Shown: positions 21,680 to 32,249 of the stretch, one piece after another
Position numbering within the stretch: position 1 is the stretch's first letter
Layout: each line of letters starts with the position of its first letter
Assembly (NCBI GenBank): GCA_963816395.1
Contig: CAWFKQ010000005.1
Coordinates: forward strand, 256,001 to 320,000
DNA: 64,000 nucleotides
Source of the DNA: an uncultured delta proteobacterium
GTDB lineage: Bacteria; Desulfobacterota; Desulfuromonadia; Desulfuromonadales; JACZKF01
Reading direction: 5' to 3'
Notes under the pieces: model-generated
The model's database searches: none
Told to the model about the DNA's origin: nothing
What the model saw: the letters and a program-made list of their open reading frames with translations, nothing else
Made by a program: the position numbers and the translations under genes

Positions 21680-23132
21680 TCAGCCGCTGCCTTCCTTTAC
21701 CCTGCTGCGCAGATATCGCCGGATGCTGTTGCGCGCTTTCGGAGTAACCGCCCATTCCAGCCATTTGGGCAGAACCTGGGGGGAGGCGGCGCGTTCGATC
21801 GCCACCTGGTCGCCATCCATCAGCCGAGACTTGAGCAGGCGGGTCTGCCCGTTAATCCGCGCCCGGCAGGCGCACAAGCCGAGTTCCTCGTGGATATCGA
21901 AGGCAAAATCAAGGGCACTGCTCCCCTCCGGCAGAGTACGGGTCTCCCCGCGCGGAGTATAAACCTGTATCGAGGCCGACGCCAGCCGGAGACTTTCGGT
22001 ATCGAAGGCCGATTCCCCCTCCAGAAGAGAGCGCATCAACTCCTGAAAATTGGCCTTGCGGAACTCGAAACCGGGGGCCAGGACCCCCGCTTCGTTGAAG
22101 CGCGCCAGCTTGCGGGTGGTAATCTCCACCCGCATCCGGTTTTCCCCGGCCTGCACCGTTGTTTTCAACGACTGATAGCCGAACTGGGAAGAGACGTTGA
22201 GATGGTCGCGCAGCTTCCCGGGAATCGGCGGGAAGATCCCGTGTAAAAGACCGAGAGCCAGGTAGGCATCCATGGTACGGTCGACGCGGATCTCCAGCGT
22301 ATAGAGGGTGGCGAGGCCGCGGCTCATCGCCTGAGCCGCGGCAATGGAGAAGGGGCGCCAGCGGTCCATCAGCAGTACCGGTATCTTGTGGTGCTCGAAG
22401 CCGTTGTGCAGGGCCGTGCGCACCCGGCGCAGGTCCGGTTCGAGTTCCCTCTGCAGGCGGGAGATGACGGACTGATAGCGGGCGCTGCGCCGGGGGTAGA
22501 GGACACTTGAGAGAGAGCGCATCGAGTTCCGAGGCGACATGTCCCATCCCCAGATGGCGGGCCAGAGGAACGTAAATTGAACGCGTTTCCTCGGCAATCA
22601 GTGACTGCTTCTCCGGATTGAGGGCGCTGATCGTCTGCAGGTTATCCATCCGGTCCCAGAATTTCAGACAGAGCACCCGCACGTCCTGGATCGCGACCAG
22701 CAGCTGTTTACGGTAAGTCTCGGCTTTCAAGGCTTCGCGGCTGAGATCATCGGCGGTTGCCTTGGTCAGGCCGTTGACCAGCAGAGCCGCCTCGCGCCCG
22801 AAAGCGGTCTCAATCTCGGCCAGGGTCGTCGGGCTGTCCTCCACCACATCGTGCAGCACGGCGGCAATCACCGAAGCGAAATCCATCCAGTGCCGCGCCG
22901 CCAGATGCGCTACCCGCAGGGGATGAATGATGTAAGGTTCCCCCGACTTGCGCAGTTGCCCGGCATGCGACTTGCGGGCCGTGGCGACCGCCTGATGCAG
23001 GGTCTCGATCCCCCGATCGAGTTCCTGCTCGCTCAGCCCCCCTCCGTAATGGGTGACCAGCAGCTCCATAATTTCGTTGACCAGCCGCTGTTGATAGCGT
23101 TTATCGAGGGTAGACACCAGACTTCTCTCCAT
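21680..23132 (-). CDS. RelA/SpoT homolog: HD hydrolase, degenerate synthetase, TGS (apparent frameshift near 22505)
   Basis: HAGQLRKSGEPYIIHP, LHDVVED, DRMDNLQT; GYQSLKTT; YTPRGE..LPEGSSALDFAFDIH. Confidence 0.82.
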
Positions 23133-23282
23133 CGGCGGAACAGATGACCACGGCCGGTCAACGACCGGCCGGGAAGTCTATATTAGATGAGATCGGCGTA
23201 GCCAGCAAGCCTGTTGATTGACAACCCCGCAGGCCGCATTAACCTTGATGACGGAAGCAAATATCCGCGACGGGAGCCGGCC

Positions 23283-23669
23283 ATGAGAGATGAACGGATC
23301 GAGACCATTCGCAAGCGTCTGATGGAGATGCGGGAAAACCTGCTGATGGAGGTCCGGCATGGCAATGAGGAAGCCGCCGCCCTGATCGATGCCGGGGTGC
23401 CCGACCCCGGAGACCAGAGTCTGAACGATTATCTCTCCGATTTCCTCCACCTGCTGAGCGATGGCAAGCGCGAAGAAATCATGAGCATCGATGAAGCGCT
23501 GCTGCGCCTGCGGGAAGGAACCTACGGCACCTGCCAGAGATGCGGCGAGCCGATCCGCATCGAGCGCCTGGAAGTGCAGCCCTACACCCCGTACTGCGTC
23601 GACTGCAAGGAAGAACTGGAGCTGCAGGAGGCCCAGCGCTCCGGCCGTCCCGAATTGGGCAAGCTGTAA
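23283..23669 (+). CDS. DksA/TraR C4-type zinc finger protein
   Basis: PDPGD coiled-coil tip; GTYGTCQRCGEPI..ERL..P...YCVDC. Confidence 0.88.
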   Translation: MRDERIETIRKRLMEMRENLLMEVRHGNEEAAALIDAGVPDPGDQSLNDYLSDFLHLLSDGKREEIMSIDEALLRLREGTYGTCQRCGEPIRIERLEVQPYTPYCVDCKEELELQEAQRSGRPELGKL

Positions 23670-23710
23670 GCGGCAAGCGGCAAGCGGCAAGCGAAGCGGT
23701 AAGCTAAGCG
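23668..23710. repeat. Heptamer tandem repeat (AAGCGGC)n, degenerate
   Basis: AAGCGGC x3 then variants. Confidence 0.75.
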
Positions 23711-23877
23711 GAACTGTGTCCAACCCTCCCTGAAACCTCCGTTTCAAATCCCATTCAACCTACGTTTCGACCCGCGGGCTTTTTCCTTTTCATTAAGCTT
23801 AAAACCCCTAAATACCAGTTGCAGAAGAGATTTTTAATGGTATCAATCCAATTAAACATCCATCTTAGGAAAAGACC

Positions 23878-25124
23878 ATGCGCCTCTTTCGAATGCATTT
23901 ACTGGGGCTCTTCCTCCTTGCTGCTGCCGCCGCTGGCCTCCGCCGCCGAACTGAACCTGTGGCCGGATGTCCGGGTCAGGATCGGGGGAGACTTCATCGG
24001 CGGTTATTTCCACGATGAGGCGCTCATGGGGAGTTGGGGGAGGGAAACCCAGTCGTTCAAGATGTCGCGTGGGATTCTCTCCCTGGACGTCCAGCACCAT
24101 TGCGGCTTCGGCGGACTGCTCGAATATGACGTCTTTCCCGACGAGGCCCGACGCGACCCGAACGACAAGGCAGGCACCAACTTCGACTGGTACAACAATC
24201 TCGGCACCGACCTCTATTATTACGGCGACTTCAAGGTCCGCAACGGCTATCTGCGCTACCTCAGTCCCGAGGAGCATTGGCTGCTGCGCTTCGGGCGCAT
24301 GGTGAACATCATCGGCTTCGAGGAGGACGAGGTTCCCTTCTGGGGGCGGCTCGACTCACCCCACGCGCATTTCCTCACCAAGGAGATCCTCAACGGCGCC
24401 GCCATCGCTTACCGCACTGATTGGCTGCGGATCGAGATCGCCGCCCTGAGCGGCCGCGGTCGGCCGGACAGCGATTACAACTGGTACCTGGACGGGAAGA
24501 CCGATCCCAACACCAGCGACAACAGCTGGCTCAAACTGGAGGGAGAGGCGCAGCTGCACTGGCGGGACAATTTCCTGCTGAGCGCCGGCTATCACACGGG
24601 CAAGACCGGCAGCGCTCCGGGTTCGATCTACAGCGGCAAGCACAACGATGACCGGCTGGTCTTCAATGCCCGCCTGCAGACCGACCCCCATCGGCCCCGC
24701 GGGTCTCAGGGTGCTGGCGCTGGGGCAATATTCCAAATTCACGGTGGGGCTGACGGAAGACGGGGTGCAGGGCAACCACACCGAACGCGATTCGCGCGAC
24801 CTGGACAAGGACGGCTGGTTTGCGACCGGCGGGCTCAGCTTCTTTGAGCGGCTGGGGCTGTACGTGACCTACGAAGAGATCGACCGGGTCGACTCGCTGG
24901 TCTGGTATGAGGTCGCCGAGTGCGATCCGCAGAGCACGGCCCTGGACAGCATCGAGCGCAGCACCATCTTCCACGCGGATTTCCGGTTCAATCCCTGGAT
25001 CTCCCTCTACGGTTTCTATCGGAAGATCGATTTCGATTTTCCCGAGATCAGCAAGATCCGGGCGGATGTGGTCGCGGCGGGGGATTACGACAAATACGGG
25101 GTGGTGTTGCGGGTGAAGTTTTAA
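23878..25124 (+). CDS. Putative outer-membrane beta-barrel protein (apparent frameshifts near 23920 and 24700)
   Basis: Signal-like N-terminus, aromatic alternating strands, C-terminal YGVVLRVKF. Confidence 0.6.
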
Positions 25125-25229
25125 GGCTTGTGGCTTGTGGCTTGTGGCTTGTGGCTTGTGGCTTGTGGCTTGTGGCTTGTGGCTTGTGGCTTGTGGCTTG
25201 TGGCTTGTGGCTTGCGGCTTGTGGCTTGA
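25125..25229. repeat. Heptamer microsatellite (GGCTTGT) x15
   Basis: 15 tandem units, two of them variant. Confidence 0.95.
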
Positions 25230-25231
25230 AA

Positions 25232-25645
25232 TTATCCCGCAAGCTCCACCAACAGGCGACAGAAACTACGAAAATCGCCGATTCTCTCCCGGAGGATATT
25301 GCGCAGGATATCGAAGTTCAGCTTCTGGTAGTCATGGACGGCGATATTCCGGAAACCGACCATCGCCTGCAGGTGGCAAGAGAGTTCCTGATCCAGCAGA
25401 CCCGCCTCGGCGAGCATGGCAAACGGCTCCCGGCTCTCCTGGGGGATACCCAGGCGCCGCCCCCGGACGAGGTGCATGGCAGCGTCTATTGACGCTTCGC
25501 AGGCCCGCAGCAGATTGAGAACGATAGCATCCTGGCGGGTGAAGTTGGTTTCGAGTTCCTCTTCATGCCCCTCGTATTCATCCCGGATACGGCCGAGACA
25601 GCGCTCGATGACGGCGACCTTGTTCAGCAGGACATCGTCAGCCAT
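25232..25645 (-). CDS. HepT-like (DUF86) HEPN RNase toxin
   Basis: RX4H motif FRNIAVHDY; downstream of an MNT gene. Confidence 0.88.
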   Translation of the reverse strand: MADDVLLNKVAVIERCLGRIRDEYEGHEEELETNFTRQDAIVLNLLRACEASIDAAMHLVRGRRLGIPQESREPFAMLAEAGLLDQELSCHLQAMVGFRNIAVHDYQKLNFDILRNILRERIGDFRSFCRLLVELAG

Positions 25646-26054
25646 GCACATTCCCCCGGCGCCGGATATCATCCAGGATGCCGCGGCGTTCTTCGTTCAA
25701 ACGGGCGTAAGACACCAACGCCAGGTCCTCGAACCGCTCGACCTCGAGCACTTGGGCACAGTAGAGGCGTTCCCCATGGGCAACGACCTGGAGGCGCATG
25801 ACGGTACTCGATTTTCGCAGATCGACCAGGTCCACATCCCGCCCGAGGAGTATTGAGAGTTCCTGCGCCAGTTCCCAACGGCGGACGTTTGGAAGTGGTT
25901 TCTCGGCAAGAAAAGCGATATCGAGGTCACTCCCCGGGCGTTCAAAAGGAGTGCCCGCGCTGCCGAAGCGATATACTGCCGACAGTCCGGGCACGGCTTC
26001 CCGAAGGAATGTTACAGTGGCTGCAAAGTAATCTTTTTCTTTCGAGTAAATCAT
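25638..26054 (-). CDS. MntA-like nucleotidyltransferase antitoxin
   Basis: FGSAGTPFERPGSDLD (GSX10DXD), DVDLVDL. Confidence 0.88.
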   Translation of the reverse strand: MIYSKEKDYFAATVTFLREAVPGLSAVYRFGSAGTPFERPGSDLDIAFLAEKPLPNVRRWELAQELSILLGRDVDLVDLRKSSTVMRLQVVAHGERLYCAQVLEVERFEDLALVSYARLNEERRGILDDIRRRGNVHG

Positions 26055-26215
26055 GGCAACGGCCGCAAAAGGAATGATCTTACCGGCACTCTATCAAGGC
26101 TCAACGAGAATGTAAATCAGATTGGGGCCAGGCTCCACGACTGACAGGCTTTACTTTAGTTGACAGTCGGAAATCCCCTCTCTATATTGAACCTTGATCA
26201 AGAACTGCAGGGGGA

Positions 26216-26614
26216 ATGATGGATCGACACCTGGACTGGCTGCGGCAGGCGGAAAACGACCTCGAATGGGGCCAGCATTCGTTGGTGGGGAATTTTTTCG
26301 CCCAATGCTGTTTTATTGCCCAGCAGGCCGGCGAAAAAGCACTGAAAGCCTACTGCTTCGCGCGAGGGTACGATGTCATCCGCACCCATTCCCTGTTTCA
26401 GATTGTGAAAACCCTCGGGGAAAACGGCATTCTGGAAATGCGCGCGCGGGAACTGGATCTCTATTACATTACCGCCCGTTATCCCGATGCTTTCCCCGCC
26501 GGAGCACCGTTCGAGATCATCACGGCCGAGCAGGCTGAACGCGCATTGCAGGGAGCGAGAGAAATAATCACCGCCATCCGGGACCGCCTGGGCCATGCCG
26601 TCGAAAATCCTTGA
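26216..26614 (+). CDS. HEPN domain protein
   Basis: WLRQAENDL, CFIAQQAGEKALKA, THSL, YITARYPD. Confidence 0.88.
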   Translation: MMDRHLDWLRQAENDLEWGQHSLVGNFFAQCCFIAQQAGEKALKAYCFARGYDVIRTHSLFQIVKTLGENGILEMRARELDLYYITARYPDAFPAGAPFEIITAEQAERALQGAREIITAIRDRLGHAVENP

Positions 26615-26948
26615 ACGCAGCCGGCCACGGGTCAGTGTTCTCGACTTCGACCCCGCCCGGGTCAAAAGCTTTCTCCAGGAGAAACTGATCGCCACTGGGG
26701 TGCAGGAAGCCTACCTTTTCGGTTCCTTCGCCCGCGACGAGTGTTCGCCCTGGTCTGATCTGGACATCGTCGCCATCAAACCCAGCAATCTTCCTTTCCT
26801 CGACCGCCCCCGCGAATTCACCGAAATCTTCGACCTCGGCCTACCTGTCCACCTCCTGATCTACACGCCGCAGGAATTCGCCCGACTTCGCGCCGAAGAC
26901 ACCCCTTTCTGGAAAGAGTTTGAAAGGGAGAAAGAACGAATTATTTGA
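26595..26948 (+). CDS. Minimal nucleotidyltransferase
   Basis: LFGSFARDECSPWSDLD, LLIYTPQEF. Confidence 0.85.
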   Translation: MPSKILERSRPRVSVLDFDPARVKSFLQEKLIATGVQEAYLFGSFARDECSPWSDLDIVAIKPSNLPFLDRPREFTEIFDLGLPVHLLIYTPQEFARLRAEDTPFWKEFEREKERII

Positions 26949-27016
26949 AGAAGGGGCAAGGCTATCGGTATGGCTATCGGTTTACAGCCCTACCTTGAAC
27001 CTTTGGCCTCAGTCCT

Positions 27017-28435
27017 CTAACAGCTCCCCTCCCGCCTGAACACCACCACCACCGTCCGGAAAAGGATCTGCAGGTCCAGCCAGACACTCCAGTTATCGAT
27101 GTAATCGAGATCGAGCCGCACAATCCTGTCGAAGTCGTCGATGCGATTGCGGCCGCTGATCTGCCATTTGCCGGTGATCCCCGGCTTGATGCTGATCCGC
27201 CGGCGGTGCCAGTTCTGGTACTCGGCTACTTCGGCGGGAGTTGGCGGGCGGGTGCCGACGAGACTCATTTCTCCCCTGAGGACGTTCCAGAACTGGGGGA
27301 ATTCGTCCAAGCTGGATTTGCGCAGGAACTTGCCGACCCGGGTTATGCGGGGGTCGTTCTTGATCTTGAAGATCGCCCCGCTCATCTCATTGCGGACCAT
27401 CAATTCCTGCTTGCGCTCTTCGGCATCCACCAACATAGAGCGGAATTTCCAGCACCTGAAGATACGTCCGCTTTCGCCGACACGTTCCTGGCCAAAGAAA
27501 ATCGGACCAGGGGAGTCAAGACGGATGGCCAGGGCAAGGAAGGGGAAGAGTACGGCAAGGAGGCCGAGCCCGACAAGAGCGCCGGCAATATCGATAACTC
27601 TTTTGAGAAATATCTGCTGAGCATCCATGGACTTGCTGTGAAAGGTCAGAAATGGAAGCTCCTGGAAGAGGCTCATCTCTTTTTTGGCATAAGAGACCTC
27701 ATAAAAGTCGAGAAGCATACGCACTGTGATGCCCAATTCTTCCAGTTCGCGCAGGTATTTTTCCGTATGGAGAGCCAAGCTTTTCGGCAGACAGAAGATG
27801 ACCTCATCGACGGGATACCCCTTACAGATCGAAACAATATCGTCAATATGCCCCAGTACCGGATGTCCGTTGAACTCCAGTGCCAGGGGGCAATCAGTCA
27901 CCTGGATGAAGCCAAGAAGGTTCAGCCCCCAGTCCTGCTGCTCTTCCACCACCTGGCAGAAGCGCAGGAGCTTTTCCCTGGTTCCAACAAGCAGGAGATT
28001 GCGGATATTGTAGCCCCGGCGGCGGAAGGCGCCGAGGATCAGGCGAAGCGAGATTTTTTCCAGGGTCAGAAGCAGGAAGGAAAAAAATCCGAAGGCTAGA
28101 TAGAGCCCCCGGCTGTACTCGTCTTTGTCCAGGAAGAAAATGGCGGCGGCGACCATGAAGCCGCCCGCAAGGTGAACATTGATCATCCGGGTGGTGATCT
28201 CATAGATGCTCAGCCGTCTGATCGAACCGAAAAAACCGTAGCGAGCCATCAACGCGTACCAGACCGGTGCAGCGAAAGCCAGGATCCAGAGGTAACCTGA
28301 AAAGGGGCGCGACAGGCCGGCAAATCGGCTGCGGATCAGGTATGCCAGCCAGAGGGCAAGGAACAGGATCAGGAAGTCGAAAATTATACTCGCCCTGCGA
28401 AAAAAAGGAGCCTGTTCTCTTAGCATACTTTTCAA
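27017..28435 (-). CDS. Polyprenyl-phosphate glycosylphosphotransferase (WcaJ/CpsE-like), paralog 2
   Basis: N-terminal TM helices; KRVIDI, KFRSM, DPRITRVGKFLRKSSLDEFPQFWNV, SLVGTRP. Confidence 0.92.
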   Translation of the reverse strand: MKSMLREQAPFFRRASIIFDFLILFLALWLAYLIRSRFAGLSRPFSGYLWILAFAAPVWYALMARYGFFGSIRRLSIYEITTRMINVHLAGGFMVAAAIFFLDKDEYSRGLYLAFGFFSFLLLTLEKISLRLILGAFRRRGYNIRNLLLVGTREKLLRFCQVVEEQQDWGLNLLGFIQVTDCPLALEFNGHPVLGHIDDIVSICKGYPVDEVIFCLPKSLALHTEKYLRELEELGITVRMLLDFYEVSYAKKEMSLFQELPFLTFHSKSMDAQQIFLKRVIDIAGALVGLGLLAVLFPFLALAIRLDSPGPIFFGQERVGESGRIFRCWKFRSMLVDAEERKQELMVRNEMSGAIFKIKNDPRITRVGKFLRKSSLDEFPQFWNVLRGEMSLVGTRPPTPAEVAEYQNWHRRRISIKPGITGKWQISGRNRIDDFDRIVRLDLDYIDNWSVWLDLQILFRTVVVVFRREGSC

Positions 28436-28445
28436 CTCACAAACA

Positions 28446-28467
28446 TGATTGGTGATTGGTGATTGGT
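28446..28467. repeat. Heptamer repeat (GATTGGT) x3
   Basis: Lies between the two sugar transferase paralogs. Confidence 0.75.
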
Positions 28468-28478
28468 TTACTGAATCT

Positions 28479-29891
28479 TCAACAGCTTCCCTCCTGCCTG
28501 AAGACCACGAAAAATGTCTTCAGCAGAATCCGGATATCCAGCCAGACATTCCAGTTGTCGATATAGTCGAGATCGAGTCGGACGATTTCATCGAAGTCTT
28601 CGATACGGTTGCGGCCGCTGACCTGCCATTTGCCGGTGATGCCGGGCTTGATAATGATGCGGCGGCGATGCCAGTTCTGGTACTCGGCCACTTCGGCGGG
28701 AGTTGGGGGGCGGGTGCCGACCAGGCTCATTTCTCCCTTGAGGACGTTCCAGAATTGAGGGAACTCATCGAGGCTGGTCTTGCGCAGGAATTTTCCGACT
28801 CGGGTGATCCGGGGGTCGTCCTTGATCTTGAAGATGGCTCCCTTCATCTGGTTCTGGGCCATCAGGTCCTTCTTTCGCTCCTCGGCATCGACATACATCG
28901 AGCGGAGTTTCCAGCATCTGAAAATGCGGCCGCTCTCGCCGACGCGGTCCTGGGAAAAGAAGATCGGTCCCGGGGAGTCCCTGCGAATGGCCAAGGCGAT
29001 AAAAGGGAAGAAAAGGGCAAAGAGGGTGAGTCCGACAAAGGCGCCCGTCATGTCGAGCAGGCGTTTGAGGAAGAGCTGCTGGGTATCGAGTGATTTGCTG
29101 TGAAAGGTCAGGAACGGGAGTTCGTTATGGAACAGGCTCAGCTCGCGTTTGGAGTAATAGACGTCGTAGAAATCGAGCAGCATGCGCACCGTAATCCCCA
29201 GCTCTTCCAGGTCGCGCAGGTAATCTTCGGCATTGAGAACAAAGTCCCTGGGCAGGCAGAAGACGACTTCATCGACAGGGTGTTTTTTACAGATTTCCAC
29301 CAAGTCGGCCACCTGCCCCAGCACGGGGTGGCCGGCAATCTCTTCGACCGGCGGATGGTCGGCCACCTGTACGAAACCAAGAACCTCCAACCCCCAGTCA
29401 CTGTGATCGACCAACAGCTCGCAGAAGCGCCGTGCTTTCTCTTTGGTACCGACGATAATCAGGTGGCGGATGTTGTAGCCGCGCCGCCGCAGAACACCGA
29501 GGATCTGGCGCAGGGAAACCTTTTCCAGCGTCAGGAGAAGGAAGGAAAAAAAGACAAAGCCGAGAAAAACACCGCGACTGTATGCCTGCCGGTCGAGAAA
29601 AAAGATGAAGGCGGCGACGGGGAGGCCACCCAGCAGATGCACGTTGACCATCCGGGTGATGATCTCGTAAGTGCTGATCCGGCGAAGAGAAGAGTAGAAT
29701 TGATAGCGCGTCAGGAGAAAATACCAGATGGGAGCGGCGATCAGCAGAATCCAGAAATAGCCCGAGAACGGGCGCAACAAATCTCCGCTTTGGCTGCGGG
29801 TCAGATAAGCGAGCCAGAGGGCGAGGATGAGTACGAGGAAATCCGCGAGAATGCAGGCCTTGCGGAAGAAGGATGCTTGTTCCTTCAGCAT
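28479..29891 (-). CDS. Polyprenyl-phosphate glycosylphosphotransferase, paralog 1
   Basis: Same motifs; collinear with 27017..28435. Confidence 0.92.
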   Translation of the reverse strand: MLKEQASFFRKACILADFLVLILALWLAYLTRSQSGDLLRPFSGYFWILLIAAPIWYFLLTRYQFYSSLRRISTYEIITRMVNVHLLGGLPVAAFIFFLDRQAYSRGVFLGFVFFSFLLLTLEKVSLRQILGVLRRRGYNIRHLIIVGTKEKARRFCELLVDHSDWGLEVLGFVQVADHPPVEEIAGHPVLGQVADLVEICKKHPVDEVVFCLPRDFVLNAEDYLRDLEELGITVRMLLDFYDVYYSKRELSLFHNELPFLTFHSKSLDTQQLFLKRLLDMTGAFVGLTLFALFFPFIALAIRRDSPGPIFFSQDRVGESGRIFRCWKLRSMYVDAEERKKDLMAQNQMKGAIFKIKDDPRITRVGKFLRKTSLDEFPQFWNVLKGEMSLVGTRPPTPAEVAEYQNWHRRRIIIKPGITGKWQVSGRNRIEDFDEIVRLDLDYIDNWNVWLDIRILLKTFFVVFRQEGSC

Positions 29892-30586
29892 GAATACCCC
29901 CCTGAGTATTTTTTCAGTAATGCCACGTCGGAGGCAAAGCCGAAGCCTCCCCCTTCTCCCATAGCGTTTCCAGCCGGCTTAAAAGAGCCCGGCCATTAAA
30001 TCCTAATCTGCGGTTTTCAACCGTTCACAGGAACCGCTTGACTTTGGCGTGGGACCGACTCACATGCAAATCAAAGGTAGTGAGAGAGAATGAAGGAAAG
30101 GAAGAGCTACCGGCTGTACTGGACTCATATGGAAGGATGGAGCAGGAGGTAGAACCCCGCCGCATAGCATAAAACCAAATGCCGCCCCGGAGGCGGCCTC
30201 CCCTCAAATCACCAGTAAAATACTTCCCGCAGAGCCAGCCAAAAAATCCTGCAAAAGCGGGATTAATTGAGAAGATAGAATACCCAATGTCCCTGGCAAG
30301 GACAAGAGTTTTCTTGCAGAAAAAACGTCCCGCGGTTCGCCCTTTGCAGAGGAATGAAGACCGTCCACGATGCCCCTAGCGTAGACTTCCCTTTTGTCCC
30401 TCAACTCCGCCTCTTGTACGGCAAACGAACCTGATCGCTGTCAAGGCCATCGAATTCAGGATCCTTGTGGACCAACCGCGCATTCTGTAGCATTGCCGAG
30501 GCTTCGATCCAGGCAATCAGGCAGGGAGACCTGATGTCTGGCCTGAAGCCCCTTGAAAATAATTGCATGGCAGCGGATTTCGGCTA

Positions 30587-30600
30587 CTATACTTGTATAG
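30587..30600. promoter_or_regulatory. Palindromic TA operator candidate
   Basis: CTATAC-TT-GTATAG just before an AAGGAGG RBS. Confidence 0.55.
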
Positions 30601-30614
30601 CAAAGGAGGTTGAG

Positions 30615-30839
30615 ATGCTAGCACTTCGTCTACCGGAAGATATCGAACGCCGCCTGGAAGCGCTGGCGAAGCGTTCAGGTCGCTCAAAATCGTTTTATGC
30701 CCGCGAAGCCATCCTCGAACATCTGGATGACCTGGAAGCGGCTTACCTCTCCGACGAGATATTGAAACGCGTCGAATCCGGCCAGGAACAGACGTATACC
30801 CTCGATGATCTGGAGAAAGAACTTGGCTTGGCGGATTGA
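30615..30839 (+). CDS. Ribbon-helix-helix antitoxin (RelB/TraY-like)
   Basis: MLALRLPEDIERRLEALAKRSGRSKSFYAREAI. Confidence 0.85.
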   Translation: MLALRLPEDIERRLEALAKRSGRSKSFYAREAILEHLDDLEAAYLSDEILKRVESGQEQTYTLDDLEKELGLAD

Positions 30840-31116
30840 GATCACCAATACCGCCAAAAAGCAGTTGTCCAAGCTTGATCGTCAGGTCCAAACAGAGATC
30901 GTGCGCTATCTGCGGGAGAGGATCGGCACCGACGATGATCCGCGCCGATATGGCGCACCGTTGAGAAAAGAACTGGCAGGTCGCTGGAAGTATCGCGTTG
31001 GGGCCTATCGGCTGATCTGCGAGATTCAGGACGAAAAGATACTCATTCTGGTATTGATGGTAGGTCACCGAAGCAAGGTTTACGACAATCGATTTGTATC
31101 GGTAGTATCCGGTTAG
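30823..31116 (+). CDS. RelE/ParE family toxin
   Basis: AKKQLSKLD, WKYRVGAYRLICEI, VGHRSKVY. Confidence 0.88.
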   Translation: MAWRIEITNTAKKQLSKLDRQVQTEIVRYLRERIGTDDDPRRYGAPLRKELAGRWKYRVGAYRLICEIQDEKILILVLMVGHRSKVYDNRFVSVVSG

Positions 31117-31186
31117 AAAAATCACAATATCTCGACCGTTTAAGTCAACAAGTCACCTACGTCCCCGGCGCGGCTTGCCTGGCCAA

Positions 31187-31465
31187 TCAGCCGTAAACTT
31201 CATCGTGACTGCCGACATCGATCGGAATGATCTGCCCCTCCTTCAGGATCAGTTACAAGATAATCCGGTAGGTGATATTGATGGAAACGGAATGAAGGTC
31301 GTTCAAAGAGCCTTTCAGCAGTTGCAGGCGGAGAGAGGGATGAAAGGGGTCGAGTTCCAGGAGTTTTAAAGTCTTTTCGTATTGGGGGAGAAGATCGGGG
31401 TGCCTTTTGAGGAAGCGGGCTGCCCGCCTGTTGTAAGCCGGGGTATAGACGATCCGAAAATTCAT
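31187..31465 (-). pseudogene. RelE/YafQ-like toxin with an in-frame premature TAA
   Basis: DPFHPSLRL..HSVSINITYRIIL*LILKEGQIIPIDVGSHDEVYG*; same frame continues after the stop at 31253-31255. Confidence 0.8.
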
Positions 31466-31728
31466 GGCTCCAGTTTCCGAAGGCGGGCGAGATGCTCATC
31501 CACACTTTCCTCGATCCCCTTTACTTCGGGGATTTCGCGTTTGGCCTGGTAAAGGGCGGCCTCCAGCTCACAAACCCGCAGCCGGTTATAAGTTTCCATG
31601 TCCACGACCACATAGCGGTTCTTCCCGCGTACCGAAATAATCGCCTCTTCCTGCTCCGCCAGTGCCGCATCGATGGCTGCAACGCCTTTTGTTTTGAGTT
31701 CGTTTGCAGGGATCGTCTTCATGGCCAT
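31462..31728 (-). CDS. Phd/YefM family antitoxin
   Basis: MKTIPANELKTKG, AIISVRGKNRYVVV. Confidence 0.82.
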   Translation of the reverse strand: MAMKTIPANELKTKGVAAIDAALAEQEEAIISVRGKNRYVVVDMETYNRLRVCELEAALYQAKREIPEVKGIEESVDEHLARLRKLEP

Positions 31729-31985
31729 TCTCCTCTTCTGCGATCATCAGCACCGTAAACAACACGATTGACAGTATCATTGAAGGCTTTTCGCAGTCAA
31801 GGGCAACGTCCCCCTGGGCTTACTCACACATTCCCAAGACGGGTTGCCGTGCCGAGGCATTTATTAAGTTTTGAACAGAAACTTGCAAAATCGATCTCCG
31901 TGATCAATCCTCACAGCAGGGGATGCTGAAACTTGGAGAGCCAGAGCCGATGAAAGGATGCGGTGAGTTGTTGTGAAACGGAACA

Positions 31986-32003
31986 GGTAATGCTAGTATT
32001 ACC
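31986..32003. promoter_or_regulatory. Palindromic TA operator candidate
   Basis: GGTAATGCTAGTATTACC upstream of the AbrB antitoxin RBS. Confidence 0.55.
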
Positions 32004-32018
32004 AAAAGGAGGTCAACC

Positions 32019-32249
32019 ATGCCAACTGCGACGAGCAAAATCACATCGAAGTATCAAGCAACCATTCCGGAACCGGTCCGTAAAATACTGCATTTGAGTG
32101 CTGGAGATGCCATTGCATTTGACATTGAGGACGACCAGATCCGAATCAGGAAAGCGCGGCCTTTAGATCTGTCCTTTGCACAGGCACTTGAAGGAACGCT
32201 GAATGAATGGGAATCGGCCGCTGACGAGGAGGCATACCGTGACCTTTAA
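32019..32249 (+). CDS. AbrB/MazE family antitoxin
   Basis: SKITSKYQATIPEPVRKILHLSAGD. Confidence 0.87.
   Translation: MPTATSKITSKYQATIPEPVRKILHLSAGDAIAFDIEDDQIRIRKARPLDLSFAQALEGTLNEWESAADEEAYRDL

Noticed and set aside
25125..25229. Possible CRISPR array, and ORFs reading LVACGLW repeats
   Set aside because: Pure 7-bp microsatellite without spacers or cas genes; the ORFs are repeat translations.
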